NCBI GenBank assembly: GCA_963703415.1
Contig: CAVPEH010000008.1
Location: 48,675 to 112,674, forward strand
Length of the DNA stretch: 64,000 nucleotides
Direction of reading: 5' to 3'
From: an uncultured Actinomycetota bacterium
GTDB taxonomy: Bacteria > Actinomycetota > Actinomycetes > Propionibacteriales > Nocardioidaceae
Position numbers and translations under genes: made by a program. The notes beneath the pieces are model-generated. The model did no database searches. It was not told the DNA's origin and was given only the letters and a program-made list of their open reading frames with translations. Shown in pieces: positions 1 through 10,517 of the stretch; the stretch's first letter is position 1, and each line of letters begins with the position of its first letter.

Positions 1-1069
1 GAACTTGTCCGCGAACGCGTCGAGGCCGGTCGGCGACAGCATCGCGGCGGTGATCGCGACGACGTCGGGCCGCTCGTCACCGATCCGGACCAGCTCGTCA
101 CGGAACACCGAGGTCCACGAGGTCGGCTCGACGGCGAGCGCCTCGCCGGTCCGGCGGTCGAACGGCTTCGCCTGGTGCATCTGGTCGTTCTTCGTTGGCG
201 ACCGCGATCTGGTAGCCCTGGCCCTTGGTCGTGATGACGTGCACGATCACAGGGCCGCCGTACGTCCGGGCCTGCGCGAGGGCGTGCTCGACGGCGGGAC
301 GGTCGTGGCCGTCGATGGGGCCGACGTACTTGAGCCCGAGGTCCTCGAACATGCCCTGGGGGTAGAGCGCGTCCTTGAGGCCCTTCTTGAGAGCGTGCAG
401 CGCCTCGTACGCGGCCTGGCCGACGATGTTGGCGTTCGTGAGGCGCTCGCGGACGGCCCTGAGGGTCGGCTCGTAGCGCGGGTCGGTGCGCAGCTTCGCG
501 AGGTGGTTGGCGAGGCCGCCGACCGTCGGCCGGTACGAACGGCCGTTGTCGTTGACGACGACGACCAGACGGCGGTCGGCGTCGGCGGCGATGTTGTTGA
601 GCGCCTCCCAGGCCATGCCACCGGTCAGCGCCCCGTCACCGATCACGGCGACGACGTGGTCGGGCCGGCCCTGGACGGTGTTGGCCTTGGCGAGCCCGTC
701 GGCGTACGACAGGCTCGTCGACGCGTGGGAGTTCTCGACGACGTCGTGGGGCGACTCGGCCTGGCTCGGGTATCCCGACAGCCCGCCCTCCATCCGCAGA
801 CGCTCGAACTCGGCGGCCCGGCCGGTGAGCATCTTGTGGACGTACGCCTGGTGGCCGGTGTCGAAGACGACCCGGTCACGGGGCGAGTCGAACACGCGGT
901 GGATCGCCATCGTGAGCTCGACGACACCCAGGTTGGGGCCGAGGTGGCCCCCGTGGGTGGCGACGGCGACGATCAGGCGCTCGCGGATCTCGTCGGCGAG
1001 CGCATCCAGCTCGGCATCGGTGAGATCCCTCAGATCGCTCGGCTGGCTGATCCGATCGAGCGTGCTCAT
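1..1069 (-). CDS. dxs: 1-deoxy-D-xylulose-5-phosphate synthase, N-terminal part (runs off left edge; frameshift near 190)
   Basis: [34 protein letters not shown] and TPP-binding [11 protein letters not shown] motifs. Confidence 0.95.
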
Positions 1070-1166
1070 GGTCCTCCGCGGGTGTGGGTGGGCGTCATCC
1101 GATCCTAGGCCATGACTCCCAGCCGACCACGGACCGATGCTCGTGAGGGCGCCGTCACCGGCCGTG

Positions 1167-2312
1167 TCAGCGGGTGACTGTTCTCACGTCGGCAACCTTC
1201 GTCGCGAGCACCGCCTCCACCGCCGGCAGCGCCTCGGCGACCGCGTCCTCCGACGGCGCCCGCTCCCCCGGCAGCGGATCGATCTCGACGTCGATGCGGG
1301 TGCCCCGCGGCACGATCCGCCACTGGGCGACCAGCCGCGTGCCGTCGAGCACGACCGGCGTCGTGGTGCCGTTGACGCGGTTGAAGATCCGGCGCTGGTT
1401 GTCGAGAGCGGTGAACCGTCCGCGTTCGGCACCTGTGCCCTCGTACCCGAGCATCACCTGGTCGAACTCGGGAAGGAGCCGCAGACCGCCGGTGTAGCCG
1501 CTCCCGTCGGGCGCGTCGGCGAGGTCGAGGTACGTGCGCCCCTCCGGGCCGTCGTAGCGCACGATCTCGTCGCCGAGCTCGGCGAGGGCCGCGTCGACGG
1601 GCCGGAGCTTGTCGGCGAGCCACCACGCGATGTCGCGCCGGGTCGCCGGCCCGAACGCCCGGAGATGGACCCGGACGAGCTCGCGCCGGGCGACGTCGGG
1701 AGTCAGGTCCGCACTGTCGATCCCCGTCAGTGCGGCGGACGAGCGGTAGAGCGTGTCCGTACGGGTGTGCCAGCGGCGGTCGGGTGGGCGCCGGACGAGC
1801 CACGGCGAGCCGCGCAGGAGGTTGCGGGCGTACGAGTCGGCGACCGTCCCGTGGCCCTCCGACTCGTGTGCCGCAACCCACTCGGCGAGGTGCTCGACGA
1901 GCTCGTCGCGGTCCCGCCACTCGTCGGTCGCGTACGCGCGGGCCTGCGCACGCACGTCCTCGGGCCGGACCTGATCGAGGTCGAGGCCCTTGCCGAGGGC
2001 CTTGTCCAGCCACACCGCGGTCACTGCCGAGGCCCACGCGTGGTGCTGCGGCGTGGACGAGTGCACGGTCCCGCGCAGCGTCGTGCCCTTGACCAGCGCG
2101 TACGTGTCGAACGCCTCGACCACCGTCTCGTGGGTGATGCCGGGGAGACGGGAGGAGGCGAAGAGGAAGGCGGCACGCGGCACCTGGGTCTGGACCGGGC
2201 CGAGCGCGTCGTACAACGCGACGAGATCGGCGACGCCGGTCCCGGTCGGCGTCGGGAACTGCCGCTCGAGTGTGCGCAGCGCGAGGTCCTCCGGTGCGAG
2301 GCGGGCGGTCAT
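1167..2312 (-). CDS. HTH_42 / AlkZ-like winged-helix DNA glycosylase family protein
   Basis: QxQ motif (PVQTQ), [24 protein letters not shown]. Confidence 0.85.
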   Translation of the reverse strand: MTARLAPEDLALRTLERQFPTPTGTGVADLVALYDALGPVQTQVPRAAFLFASSRLPGITHETVVEAFDTYALVKGTTLRGTVHSSTPQHHAWASAVTAVWLDKALGKGLDLDQVRPEDVRAQARAYATDEWRDRDELVEHLAEWVAAHESEGHGTVADSYARNLLRGSPWLVRRPPDRRWHTRTDTLYRSSAALTGIDSADLTPDVARRELVRVHLRAFGPATRRDIAWWLADKLRPVDAALAELGDEIVRYDGPEGRTYLDLADAPDGSGYTGGLRLLPEFDQVMLGYEGTGAERGRFTALDNQRRIFNRVNGTTTPVVLDGTRLVAQWRIVPRGTRIDVEIDPLPGERAPSEDAVAEALPAVEAVLATKVADVRTVTR

Positions 2313-2326
2313 GGTGTGATGCCTCC

Positions 2327-2755
2327 ATGTCTGGGACGTACGACGCCTCGTGCGTGTTCTGCCGGGTGGTGACGGGCGAGGTCGACGCCCCCATCGTGTA
2401 CGACGACGAGGACACGATCGGGTTCCTGGACCATCGTCCCGTATTCAAGGGCCACGTCCTCGTCGTCCCGCGCGAGCACGTCGTCACCCTTCCGGACCTC
2501 CCCGCGGAGCGGATCGGGCCGTACTTCGAGGTCGTGCAGCACGTCGCGCGCACGCTCCCCGGGGTCGTCGGCGCGCAGGGGACGTGGGTCGCCGAGAACA
2601 ACGTGGTGTCGCAGTCCGTCCCCCATCTGCACGTGCACGTGGTGCCGCGGACGAAGGGTGACGGTCTGCGCGGCTTCTTCTGGCCGCGGACCAAGTACGC
2701 GGCCGGCGAGGTCGACGACTATGCGGCGCGGATCCGCGCCGCGCTCGCTCGTTGA
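2327..2755 (+). CDS. HIT family hydrolase
   Basis: CVFC at N-terminus, GHVLVVP, histidine triad HLHVH. Confidence 0.93.
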   Translation: MSGTYDASCVFCRVVTGEVDAPIVYDDEDTIGFLDHRPVFKGHVLVVPREHVVTLPDLPAERIGPYFEVVQHVARTLPGVVGAQGTWVAENNVVSQSVPHLHVHVVPRTKGDGLRGFFWPRTKYAAGEVDDYAARIRAALAR

Positions 2756-2789
2756 CGAACGTAAGGCGGCAAACGTTCGGTACGGTGAA

Positions 2790-2990
2790 GCGGCGGGCAA
2801 GGATTGGCCGGCGGTGTCGTACGAGGCACACCCCTGGACGCCTCCCCCGGTCGCCCTCTCCTCTCCACTCCGCTCTGCTCCTGCGGACGGCGTCGTCATC
2901 GCGGATCGAGCAGGTCTGGGTCGGCGGTTCCTCGTACGGCCCTCACGACGCCAAGTTCGTCCCGCCGCACCACACGCGCGTCGAGGCCGC
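2790..2990 (+). pseudogene. Fic-family protein, N-terminal/central remnants
   Basis: Fragments WPAVSYEAHPW and RIEQVWVGGSSYGPHDAKFVPPHHTRVEAA in two frames resemble actinobacterial Fic proteins (recognised by eye); catalytic HPFxDGNGR motif absent. Confidence 0.7.
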
Positions 2991-3039
2991 GACGTCGAGA
3001 CACGGCGGCGCGAGACGTGGGCCGACGACATGAGCTCAG

Positions 3040-3690
3040 AGATCCACCGGCAGCTATCGGGGCGCCGACGACGTCAAAGAGGTGCAGGTCGCGGGGGTGA
3101 ATCAACGCGGTGACACCGCCGTCCGGGTCCACCTGTGGCTCGTTGGTCGTCACCGCGAACATCTCGTCGACAACAGTCCCCTGGCGCTGCTGCTCGACTT
3201 CGTCGACGCCGGTCGCCTCAAGTAACTTCGCCTTCACCGTCGCAACGTTCAGTTGCTTGAGCTCCTTGTGACTGAACCAGGCGCGTGCAGCCATCCCGAC
3301 CGCGTTGCGGTACGTATCGGCCTGCCGCCACACCAGGTAGTCGACCACGTCATCGATGTCGTCGACGCTGACCACACGGGCATCGAAAGTCGCCATGCCC
3401 GTGTGAGCGTGAGCAATGTTGAACGAGGCGGTCACCGTACTCGCCCGCCAACGACAACGTCATCGCGACCACGCCGCCGAACGGCAGCGACGCCTCGGGG
3501 CGCCGAGTGCGGAAGATGACCGAGATCTCGTCGGAGGCAACGTAGACCAGCTGCGCGACGAACTCCTGCGCGACCTCGGCTGCCCCAACGTCCATCGCTC
3601 CCTGGAACGACACGTCGAACGGCTTGCTCAGCGTCCGCGTGTAGGTCGAGAAAGCGCGGCCGTCCAACCGCAGAATGTGGAAAGCGGGGG
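3040..3690 (-). pseudogene. tRNA(His) guanylyltransferase Thg1-like protein, 5'-truncated, one frameshift near 3447; 3' end approximate
   Basis: ILRLDGRAFSTYT..KPFD, YVASDEISV, FDARV, YLVWRQADTYRN are hallmark Thg1 motifs, split over ORFs 3350..3667 and 2896..3435. Confidence 0.88.
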
Positions 3691-4832
3691 AACCGTGAGC
3701 CTGGCGTCCATCTCAAGCAGATCGCTGCCGACTTCGGCATCAGCGAGTCCTGCCTGGCGAACTGGATGAACTCCGCCGACGTCGAGGAAGGCATCAAGCC
3801 CGGAGCGACCGCGGCGGAGAATGCCGAGAACCGGGAACTGCGCAAGCGCGTGCGTCTGCTCGAGCAGGAGAACGAGGTCCTGCGCCGCGCCGCTGCCTAT
3901 CTGCCGCAGGCCAACCTGCCGGGAAATGATGTACCCGCTCGTCCGCGAGCTGGCCAACGACGGGATCCCCGTCACGGGGTCCTCAAGATCGCCCGCCAGC
4001 CCTACTACCGCTGGCTCGAGTGCCCGGTGACCGAAGCCGAACTGGTTCAGGCCTACCGCGCCAACGCACTCTTCGACGCTCACCGCGAGGACCTCGAGTT
4101 CGGCTACCTGCTCCTGGCTGACGAGGCTGCCTTCGAGCACGGTGAACCGATGGCGGACCGCACCGCCTGGCGGATCTGTCGCGACAACGAGTGGTGGTGT
4201 GTGTTCGGCAAACCCAAGCGCAGCGCGGGGACGCGACCCGGGCCGGCCGTGCATGACGACCTCGTCGAACGGGTCATCCGAGCCGATGGCCCGAACCGGC
4301 TGTCGATGACCGACATCTCGGAGCACTGGACGCGGGAAGGCAAGCTCTCCATCTGTGCGGTCAAGGACGTGTACTCCAACCGGATCGTGGGCTACTCCAC
4401 CGACTCGCGGATGAAGTCCCGCCTGGCGGTCGCCGCGGTCAACAACGCCGTCGCGATGCGGCGTGCTGCCGGTGATGACGTGGCCGGATGCGTGGTTCAC
4501 AGCGACAGAGGATCGCAGTTCGTTTCCAGGAAATTGCGCCGCGCTTTGGCCACCCATGGCCCGGCCGGATCGATGGGTCGCGTCGCCTCGGCCGGGGACA
4601 ACGCCGCTATGGAGAGCTTCTTCAGCCTGCTGCAACGCAACGTGCTCGACCGACAGCCCTGGGCCACCGGGAGGACCTCCGGATCGCGATGGTGACCTGG
4701 ATCGAGCGGACCTACCACCGCCGTCGTCGCCAAGCCCGCCTCGGCCGATTGACGCCCATTGAGTTCAAGACCATCATGACCACACCAGCCGCTCAGACTG
4801 CCTGACCCAACCTGTCACCAAGGCGTGCATCA
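3690..4832 (+). mobile_element. Degenerate IS3-family insertion sequence (orfA lacks its N-terminus and left end; orfB frameshifted)
   Basis: orfA REPGVHLKQIAADFGISES..ELRKRVRLLEQENEVLRRAAAY; orfB DDE motifs TDISEH, VHSDRGSQF, DNAAMESFFSLL; right end ...CCTGTCACCAAGGCGTGCATCA at 4832. Confidence 0.9.
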
Positions 4833-4901
4833 GCCCCCACCGCTCTACTAATGGGTTCCCGGCTACGGATGTGACCTGTTGAAGAGGAAAGGGACCGGTA
4901 C

Positions 4902-5543
4902 GTGATCTCGCTTGAGGATGTCGTCGTGTCCTATGGAAGCGTGGTCCCGATCGACCGCGTGAACGTGAAGTTGGACGCTGCGTTGACGGTGGTGACCGGG
5001 CCGAGCGGTAGTGGAAAGTCAACACTCCTTCGTGTGATCGCAGGACTGCAGGCGCCGACATCCGGCACGGTCCTCATCGACGACTCAATCGTCCGCCCTC
5101 CCAGCTGGCGCCGAGCCGGAGATGAGCGCGTGGTTCTCGTGCACCAGGACTACCGGCTGATCGACTTCCTCAACGTTGAGGAGAACCTTCGCCTCGGTGC
5201 CGAGCTCCGCAACCTACCCGTCCCCACCAACCTTCCCGCTGACACGCTCGAACGTGTAGGGCTTGACACCACATTCCTTCACCGATCCCCCGAGACGCTG
5301 TCGGGAGGCGAGAAGCAACGCGTGGCGATCGCCCGCGCTCTGATGTGCGAGCCGCAGGTCCTGCTGGCCGATGAGCCGACAGGAGCACTCGACGCCGACA
5401 ACACCACGAACGTGGCGCAGACCCTCAAAGCGATCGGTGAAGGCAGCCAGGTGCAGGTGGTCGTCGCGACCCACGACCCACTCGTCTCACGCATCGGGGA
5501 CGACGTCCTCGTCCTTTCGCAGGGAGCTGTGGTCCGCCGATGA
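4902..5543 (+). CDS. ABC transporter ATP-binding protein (LolD/MacB-like)
   Basis: GPSGSGKST, LSGGEKQRVAIARAL, LLADEPTGALD, ATHD. Confidence 0.95.
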   Translation: MISLEDVVVSYGSVVPIDRVNVKLDAALTVVTGPSGSGKSTLLRVIAGLQAPTSGTVLIDDSIVRPPSWRRAGDERVVLVHQDYRLIDFLNVEENLRLGAELRNLPVPTNLPADTLERVGLDTTFLHRSPETLSGGEKQRVAIARALMCEPQVLLADEPTGALDADNTTNVAQTLKAIGEGSQVQVVVATHDPLVSRIGDDVLVLSQGAVVRR

Positions 5544-7918
5544 TGCTGAGGCGGCGCCGAGTCCCGTTGGCTCGCCGGCTCATCACTCACCGGCTGTCAA
5601 CGATCGTCGCTCTCTTCCTCGTCGGCGCCCTTCTGGGCGCCGCCGTCGGCGCACTGACTTCGATCCGTACCTCGACGGAGCAGGCCGTGACGACCGGGGT
5701 CGAGGCCGGCGTTGGCGATCGATCGTTCGTCATCCAGAGCGGCAGCGGCGATGCGCGAACCATCCTGAGCCGACAGCCCGACCTTGACTACGTCCGTGAT
5801 GCCGGCGGCACCGTCAACGGCGACGAAACAACAAGTGATGCGATGGTCCGCCGTATCGCCAGCACAACGCTGCCTTTGGGGACACCGACCGGCGGTGAGC
5901 GTCCGGACAAGAACGGTGAAGCAACGGTCTCAGAGGCGCTCGCAGACGACCTGGGGATCGCTGTCGGGGACCGAGTCGAGGTCACATGGGACGATGCGAC
6001 GCCGACGACAGTCCAGGTCGTGGGGACAACCATCGACACCGCGGACTCCGAAGCCAAAACGATCGTCGTCGTCGACCCTTCACTTTCCTCCGCCGAAGCG
6101 TCCGTGTGGCTGAGTCGCACCGACCCGTACAAACGGGCGCCGCTCACAACCCAGATGGATCTACGCGCGATCACGTACCAGCCAACCTCGAGCCTGGTCG
6201 AGTCCGCACTCGCCCACGGGCCGAACACCGCTCCAGTGCTGCGATGGGGTCCCGCCGTTGTCGGCGCGATGCTGGGTACGCTCGTCCTCGCAGTCGTGGC
6301 CGGATTCGTTCCCGGAGCGCGGCGGACAGCCACCACGATGCTTGCCGTTGGACTTTCGTTGCGGCGCACGTGGTGGACCATCGTCGGCGTCGCAGCAGCC
6401 GCGATCAGCGTTGGCGTCCTCTTCGGAGCCGCAACCGCCTACGCGACTCTTCGCGCGGCTTCTGGCCAGGTGTCAGCACTTTTCGGTCAGGCATGGCTCA
6501 GCGTCTCGTTCCCGCTAAGCACAGTTCTGCTGCTCGTGGGACTGGCAGGCCTTCTCGCAGCACTGTCTCGCCCCATCGCTCGGATCGGAGGACTGCTTGG
6601 CCGCTCATCAAGGCGGTGGTCACTGGTCTCAAGTCGCACGGACACGGCCGCAGGACTGAGAGCAGCGACCGGCCTCACGATCGTGGTGATTGCCGTCATC
6701 CTCTCCAGGCTTGAGAACCCTCCAGCGTTCGCGGGGGTGATGGGACTTACCGGCGGTGTCGTGTTCGCCTCAGGGCTGCCCGCTCTCGTCGTTCGGCTGT
6801 GCACTGCCTCACTCGGGCCAGCATCCAGGCGGGTCTCGGCACGACTGACCGCTGTACTCCGTGTCGTCGTCGCAGCCGCAATGAGCGTCGCCATCGTCGC
6901 CGGCGCCTACAGCGCGTCGCAACGCCACAACGTCGACGCGTCCCGTGACCTGACCCGGCCGCTACAACCAGCCGGTTCTCTGGCAATGCTCGAAGTGCCG
7001 TCAGCAGCTGCCTCGACCGTACTTCTCAAGTACCGAGAGCTCGGCGGGCGTGAGGCACTACGGTTCATGCTCCCCCTCGAGACGAAGGACCTTCTCCGGG
7101 TGACGAGCCCGACCCTGCTTGCCTGCATGAAGGAACTAGACACCCTCGACCCGAGCGCCACGCCCGACGAGTGCTGGCCGCAGGAGACCTTCGCGCCGAC
7201 CAACAGCGTCGCTCTTGATGAGCGAGACGGCGCTCAACCACGCGCGGACCCTGACCTGGTCCGGTCAGGTCAAGTTGGGCTGCTGTACTACGGATCGGTG
7301 GCCGGCCAGACCCCGACGAGCCTGGCGGTGACCGACGCGGCGCCCGACGAGCAACTCGGCGGGAACCTCCCGGGTCTCGTGATCGCGGCCGACAGCGCCG
7401 TTGCCCGTCGGTTCAATCTGCGGCCAGCGGGAACAGAAGTCGTGACACTCCTCGACTTCGAACGCCTCAGCGGACGCGAACAAGCGCAACTGAGAGCGAC
7501 AATCTCGAAGGTCGCCCCGGCTGCGCAGGTTGCCAGCGCCGACGAGGCAGACCTCCATGGGCCAGACGAACGGCAAGCGACAGCGGTCGGTATCGTCGCC
7601 GCCGCTATCACCGCACTGATCATGCTGATCGGAGGGCTTGCTGCACTTGCCGGTGAGCGTGAAACGCGGCGCCTGCTTGCCGATATCGGCATCGCTGCCC
7701 GCATGCGCATTCGGCTGCTCGTGCCGTGGGCTGCTCTGCCGTTAGCGACCATGGCAGCAGCCGCCGCCGTGACCTGGCTGTGCGCCCTGGCGTTGGAGAC
7801 GACCCTGCCAGGTGACCGAGGGATGGCATGGACAGCGCCGCTCGTCGCCGGCGCGGTCGCTGCGCTCATCCTGATTCCGCTGGCGATCAGAGTGCCGGCC
7901 GCCCCAGAGGACTCCTGA
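5540..7918 (+). CDS. FtsX/MacB-like ABC exporter permease
   Basis: 792 aa, two hydrophobic TM clusters flanking soluble domains; overlaps the ATPase stop codon. Confidence 0.8.
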   Translation: MMLRRRRVPLARRLITHRLSTIVALFLVGALLGAAVGALTSIRTSTEQAVTTGVEAGVGDRSFVIQSGSGDARTILSRQPDLDYVRDAGGTVNGDETTSDAMVRRIASTTLPLGTPTGGERPDKNGEATVSEALADDLGIAVGDRVEVTWDDATPTTVQVVGTTIDTADSEAKTIVVVDPSLSSAEASVWLSRTDPYKRAPLTTQMDLRAITYQPTSSLVESALAHGPNTAPVLRWGPAVVGAMLGTLVLAVVAGFVPGARRTATTMLAVGLSLRRTWWTIVGVAAAAISVGVLFGAATAYATLRAASGQVSALFGQAWLSVSFPLSTVLLLVGLAGLLAALSRPIARIGGLLGRSSRRWSLVSSRTDTAAGLRAATGLTIVVIAVILSRLENPPAFAGVMGLTGGVVFASGLPALVVRLCTASLGPASRRVSARLTAVLRVVVAAAMSVAIVAGAYSASQRHNVDASRDLTRPLQPAGSLAMLEVPSAAASTVLLKYRELGGREALRFMLPLETKDLLRVTSPTLLACMKELDTLDPSATPDECWPQETFAPTNSVALDERDGAQPRADPDLVRSGQVGLLYYGSVAGQTPTSLAVTDAAPDEQLGGNLPGLVIAADSAVARRFNLRPAGTEVVTLLDFERLSGREQAQLRATISKVAPAAQVASADEADLHGPDERQATAVGIVAAAITALIMLIGGLAALAGERETRRLLADIGIAARMRIRLLVPWAALPLATMAAAAAVTWLCALALETTLPGDRGMAWTAPLVAGAVAALILIPLAIRVPAAPEDS

Positions 7919-8071
7919 AGAGCCGAGCGTCGCCCAGGTGCACATCTGGAGTGCGGACGATCCGGGTCGTGGCGGCGACCCAAAGCAGCTCACGCGAAGA
8001 CCTCGCCGCCGTCGAAGTGGGCGAGGCCTTCGACTCACCGCCGCACACCCGGACAACCTCCCCGGACATCA

Positions 8072-8198
8072 CATCCAGGCGGGCGTCCTCGTCCAGGTCG
8101 GCAGCGGCACCCGCAACCGCGTCTGGCAGTGCCCGGAGGTCATCGACGCGCTCGACGCCTTCGCGACACGGGCCGCTCGGCGCCCGACGCGCGACTGA
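8072..8198 (+). pseudogene. Fic-family protein, C-terminal remnant
   Basis: AGVLVQVGSGTRNRVWQCPEVIDALDAFATRAARR resembles the C-terminus of actinobacterial Fic proteins. Confidence 0.65.
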
Positions 8199-9412
8199 AC
8201 CCCCGTACGGCGGGGTGGGTGACCGACACCGCGATCACGCCGACCGCGCCCGAGCAGACCCCCGGACACGAGCGCGACCTCGGGAGACGTGAGCCCGGCC
8301 ACCGCTCCGCCGCGGGCGTTGCCGAGGTCGGGTCCGGCGACGCCCACGACATGCTCCACGGACGAGACGCGGCCGCGCTGCTCGTCGGTGGTGGCGAGCT
8401 GCGTGACGACCCCGCGGGCGATCACCGCGAAGGTGTCTGCCGCACCGGCGACCGCCAGCGAGGCGACGGCGAGCAGCAACCACGGCGAGGCACCGAACGC
8501 CGCAACACCGAGGCACCACACGACCGCTGCCGCGATCATCACGCGTCCCGGTCGGACGGCGCGTGAGACCAGGCCGGACGCGAGACCGCCGACGATCCCG
8601 CCCGCGCCCACCGCCGACAGCAGGAGACCGGTCACCGCAGGGTCACCGCCGAACCTCTCGTCGACGACCACGGGGAACAGCGCGACCGGCATCACGAGGA
8701 CGGTGGCGAGCACGTCGGTGAGCACTGCGCCGCGCAGGACGGCCGTACGTCCGACGTACCGGAGGCCGGCGAGAACCCCGGCCCGCTCACCGTGCGGGCG
8801 GGGCTCTGCGGGTGGGACCGGCGGGAGTCCGCGCGTGGCCAGCCACGCCACGGCCATCAGGACGGCCTGGACCCCGAAGGCCGCTGCCGTGCCGCCGTAC
8901 GCGACGAGCAGCCCGCCGACGGCCGGTCCCACGAGCATCGCCACCTGGAAGCCCACGTGAGCCAGCGCGACACCGGCGGCCACCTGACCCGGCGGAAGCA
9001 GCCGCGCGACCAGGGCACGACGTGCGGGCGCACCGAGCGCGCCGAACCCGGCCTGCAGCGCGACGAGTCCCAGCACGAGCGCGAGCGAGCGGACCCCGTA
9101 CGCGGCCTGCGTGGCGAGAGCGAGCGCGACCACCACGCCGCCTGCCGCCGTCGCGAGCGCGACGCGACGCCGGTCGTACGTGTCCGCGAGTGCCCCGCCG
9201 TACAGGCCCAGCAGCACCATCGGCACGGCGTGCGCGAGGCCGAGGGTTCCCATCATCGCCGCGCTGCCCGTCAGGTCCCAGACGAGCTGGAGCAGCGCGA
9301 CGAGGCTCACCTGACCTCCGAACGCGCCCAGGAGACCGCCGACCCACAGCCGGCGGAAGGCGGGTCCGCTCCGGAGCGGTGAGAGATCCACGAGACCCGA
9401 GCGGCCGCTCAT
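8140..9412 (-). CDS. MFS transporter (EntS/MFS_3-like); frameshift near 8250
   Basis: VDLSPLR..FRRLW, GALADTYDRRR, RGRVSS; many TM segments. Confidence 0.9.
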
Positions 9413-9885
9413 CCTCGCAGGGCCTCCGGCAGGTGGGTCTCGACCCGGTCGCGGAACGGGCGCCGAGCCAAGGCGGCGCGGAGGTCCGCGACGGCCGCGA
9501 CGAGCGAGTACGGCACCTCGGCGTCGAGCTCGGCGAGCGCCCGCTCGGTCGCGCGCCACTCCGCCTCCAGCAGGGGGACGAGCGCGCGCCCCTCCTCGGT
9601 CAGCGTGACGATCCTGGTCCGGGCGTCGGGTCCGGCCGACGTCTCGACGAGACCGTCCGCGCGCAGGACGGAGACGGTCTGGCTCGCGGCCGAGTGCGTG
9701 ACGCCGAGGGCGTCGGCGAGCGCCCGGATCGTCATCGGTCCCCCGTGCGCAAGCTTGATGACCGGCTTGGTCAGCCGAGGGCGGACAGCGAGGTCCCGGT
9801 CACGGTAGAGCGCCACGAGCTCGGCGTCCATCGCCTCTTGGAGATCGCGCAGCGGTTGCCAGAAGTTCTCGTCCGTGGGGTCCAT
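9409..9885 (-). CDS. MarR family transcriptional regulator
   Basis: TIRALADALGVTHSAASQTV..DARTRIVTLTEEG; overlaps MFS start; TAGAGT -10 box 6 nt before ATG suggests a leaderless mRNA. Confidence 0.92.
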   Translation of the reverse strand: MDPTDENFWQPLRDLQEAMDAELVALYRDRDLAVRPRLTKPVIKLAHGGPMTIRALADALGVTHSAASQTVSVLRADGLVETSAGPDARTRIVTLTEEGRALVPLLEAEWRATERALAELDAEVPYSLVAAVADLRAALARRPFRDRVETHLPEALRG

Positions 9886-9941
9886 CCCCGAACTCTAACA
9901 GCACTTGTATAAGCCCTTGCACATTACGCGCGAGGGCGCGT

Positions 9942-10457
9942 TCACCCCAGGTCGACGTACCGACCGCGCACGTGGGTCAGCGCGGGTGCCTCCGGACTGA
10001 TCTCCACGTGCTCGACGACCGCCTCGACGAGCAGCGGCCACCCGACCTGGCGCGGCTCGACGGCGACGCGGGCACCCAGCCACGCGACCGCGGTCTCGAG
10101 CACCGGACCGTACGGCGTCTGCCGCCATGCGCCGAGCCTGAACACACCCCCCGGCGCCGGCGCCGTCCCCGCGAACGGGTCGGCGAGGCTTCGATCACGG
10201 GCGCCGAGCACATTCACGACGAACGGCTCCTCCACCTCGAGCGAGGCGGCGAGGTCGCTGTCCTCGTCGACCAGCAGCAGGACCCGCGCCGGATCACCGT
10301 CAGCCACCACCAGGGACGACACGGTCAGGCCGGTACGGGACCGCCCCTCCCCCGCCGTGCAGACCGTGACGGCCTGAGGCAGCCGCCCACGCAGCCGCCT
10401 CAGCGGGTCACGCTCACCCTCGGGAGGGACGAAGGGGTGGTCGGAGTGGATCGTCAC
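9942..10457 (-). CDS. Flavin reductase family protein
   Basis: RRLRGRLPQAVTV..GLTVSS..FVVNVL; 3' portion of ORF 9942..11432. Confidence 0.85.
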   Translation of the reverse strand: MTIHSDHPFVPPEGERDPLRRLRGRLPQAVTVCTAGEGRSRTGLTVSSLVVADGDPARVLLLVDEDSDLAASLEVEEPFVVNVLGARDRSLADPFAGTAPAPGGVFRLGAWRQTPYGPVLETAVAWLGARVAVEPRQVGWPLLVEAVVEHVEISPEAPALTHVRGRYVDLG

Positions 10458-10517
10458 GCCGTCAGCGTACGGTCCGCACGCGCGGCGCCGGGATCTGTCA
10501 CCGCCGTACGTCACGAT

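Noticed and set aside
2327-3690. Functional HIT-Thg1 (deadenylase/adenylase) pairing
   Set aside because: The genes are convergent, separated by the fic remnant, and appear to have different origins; adjacency is probably accidental.
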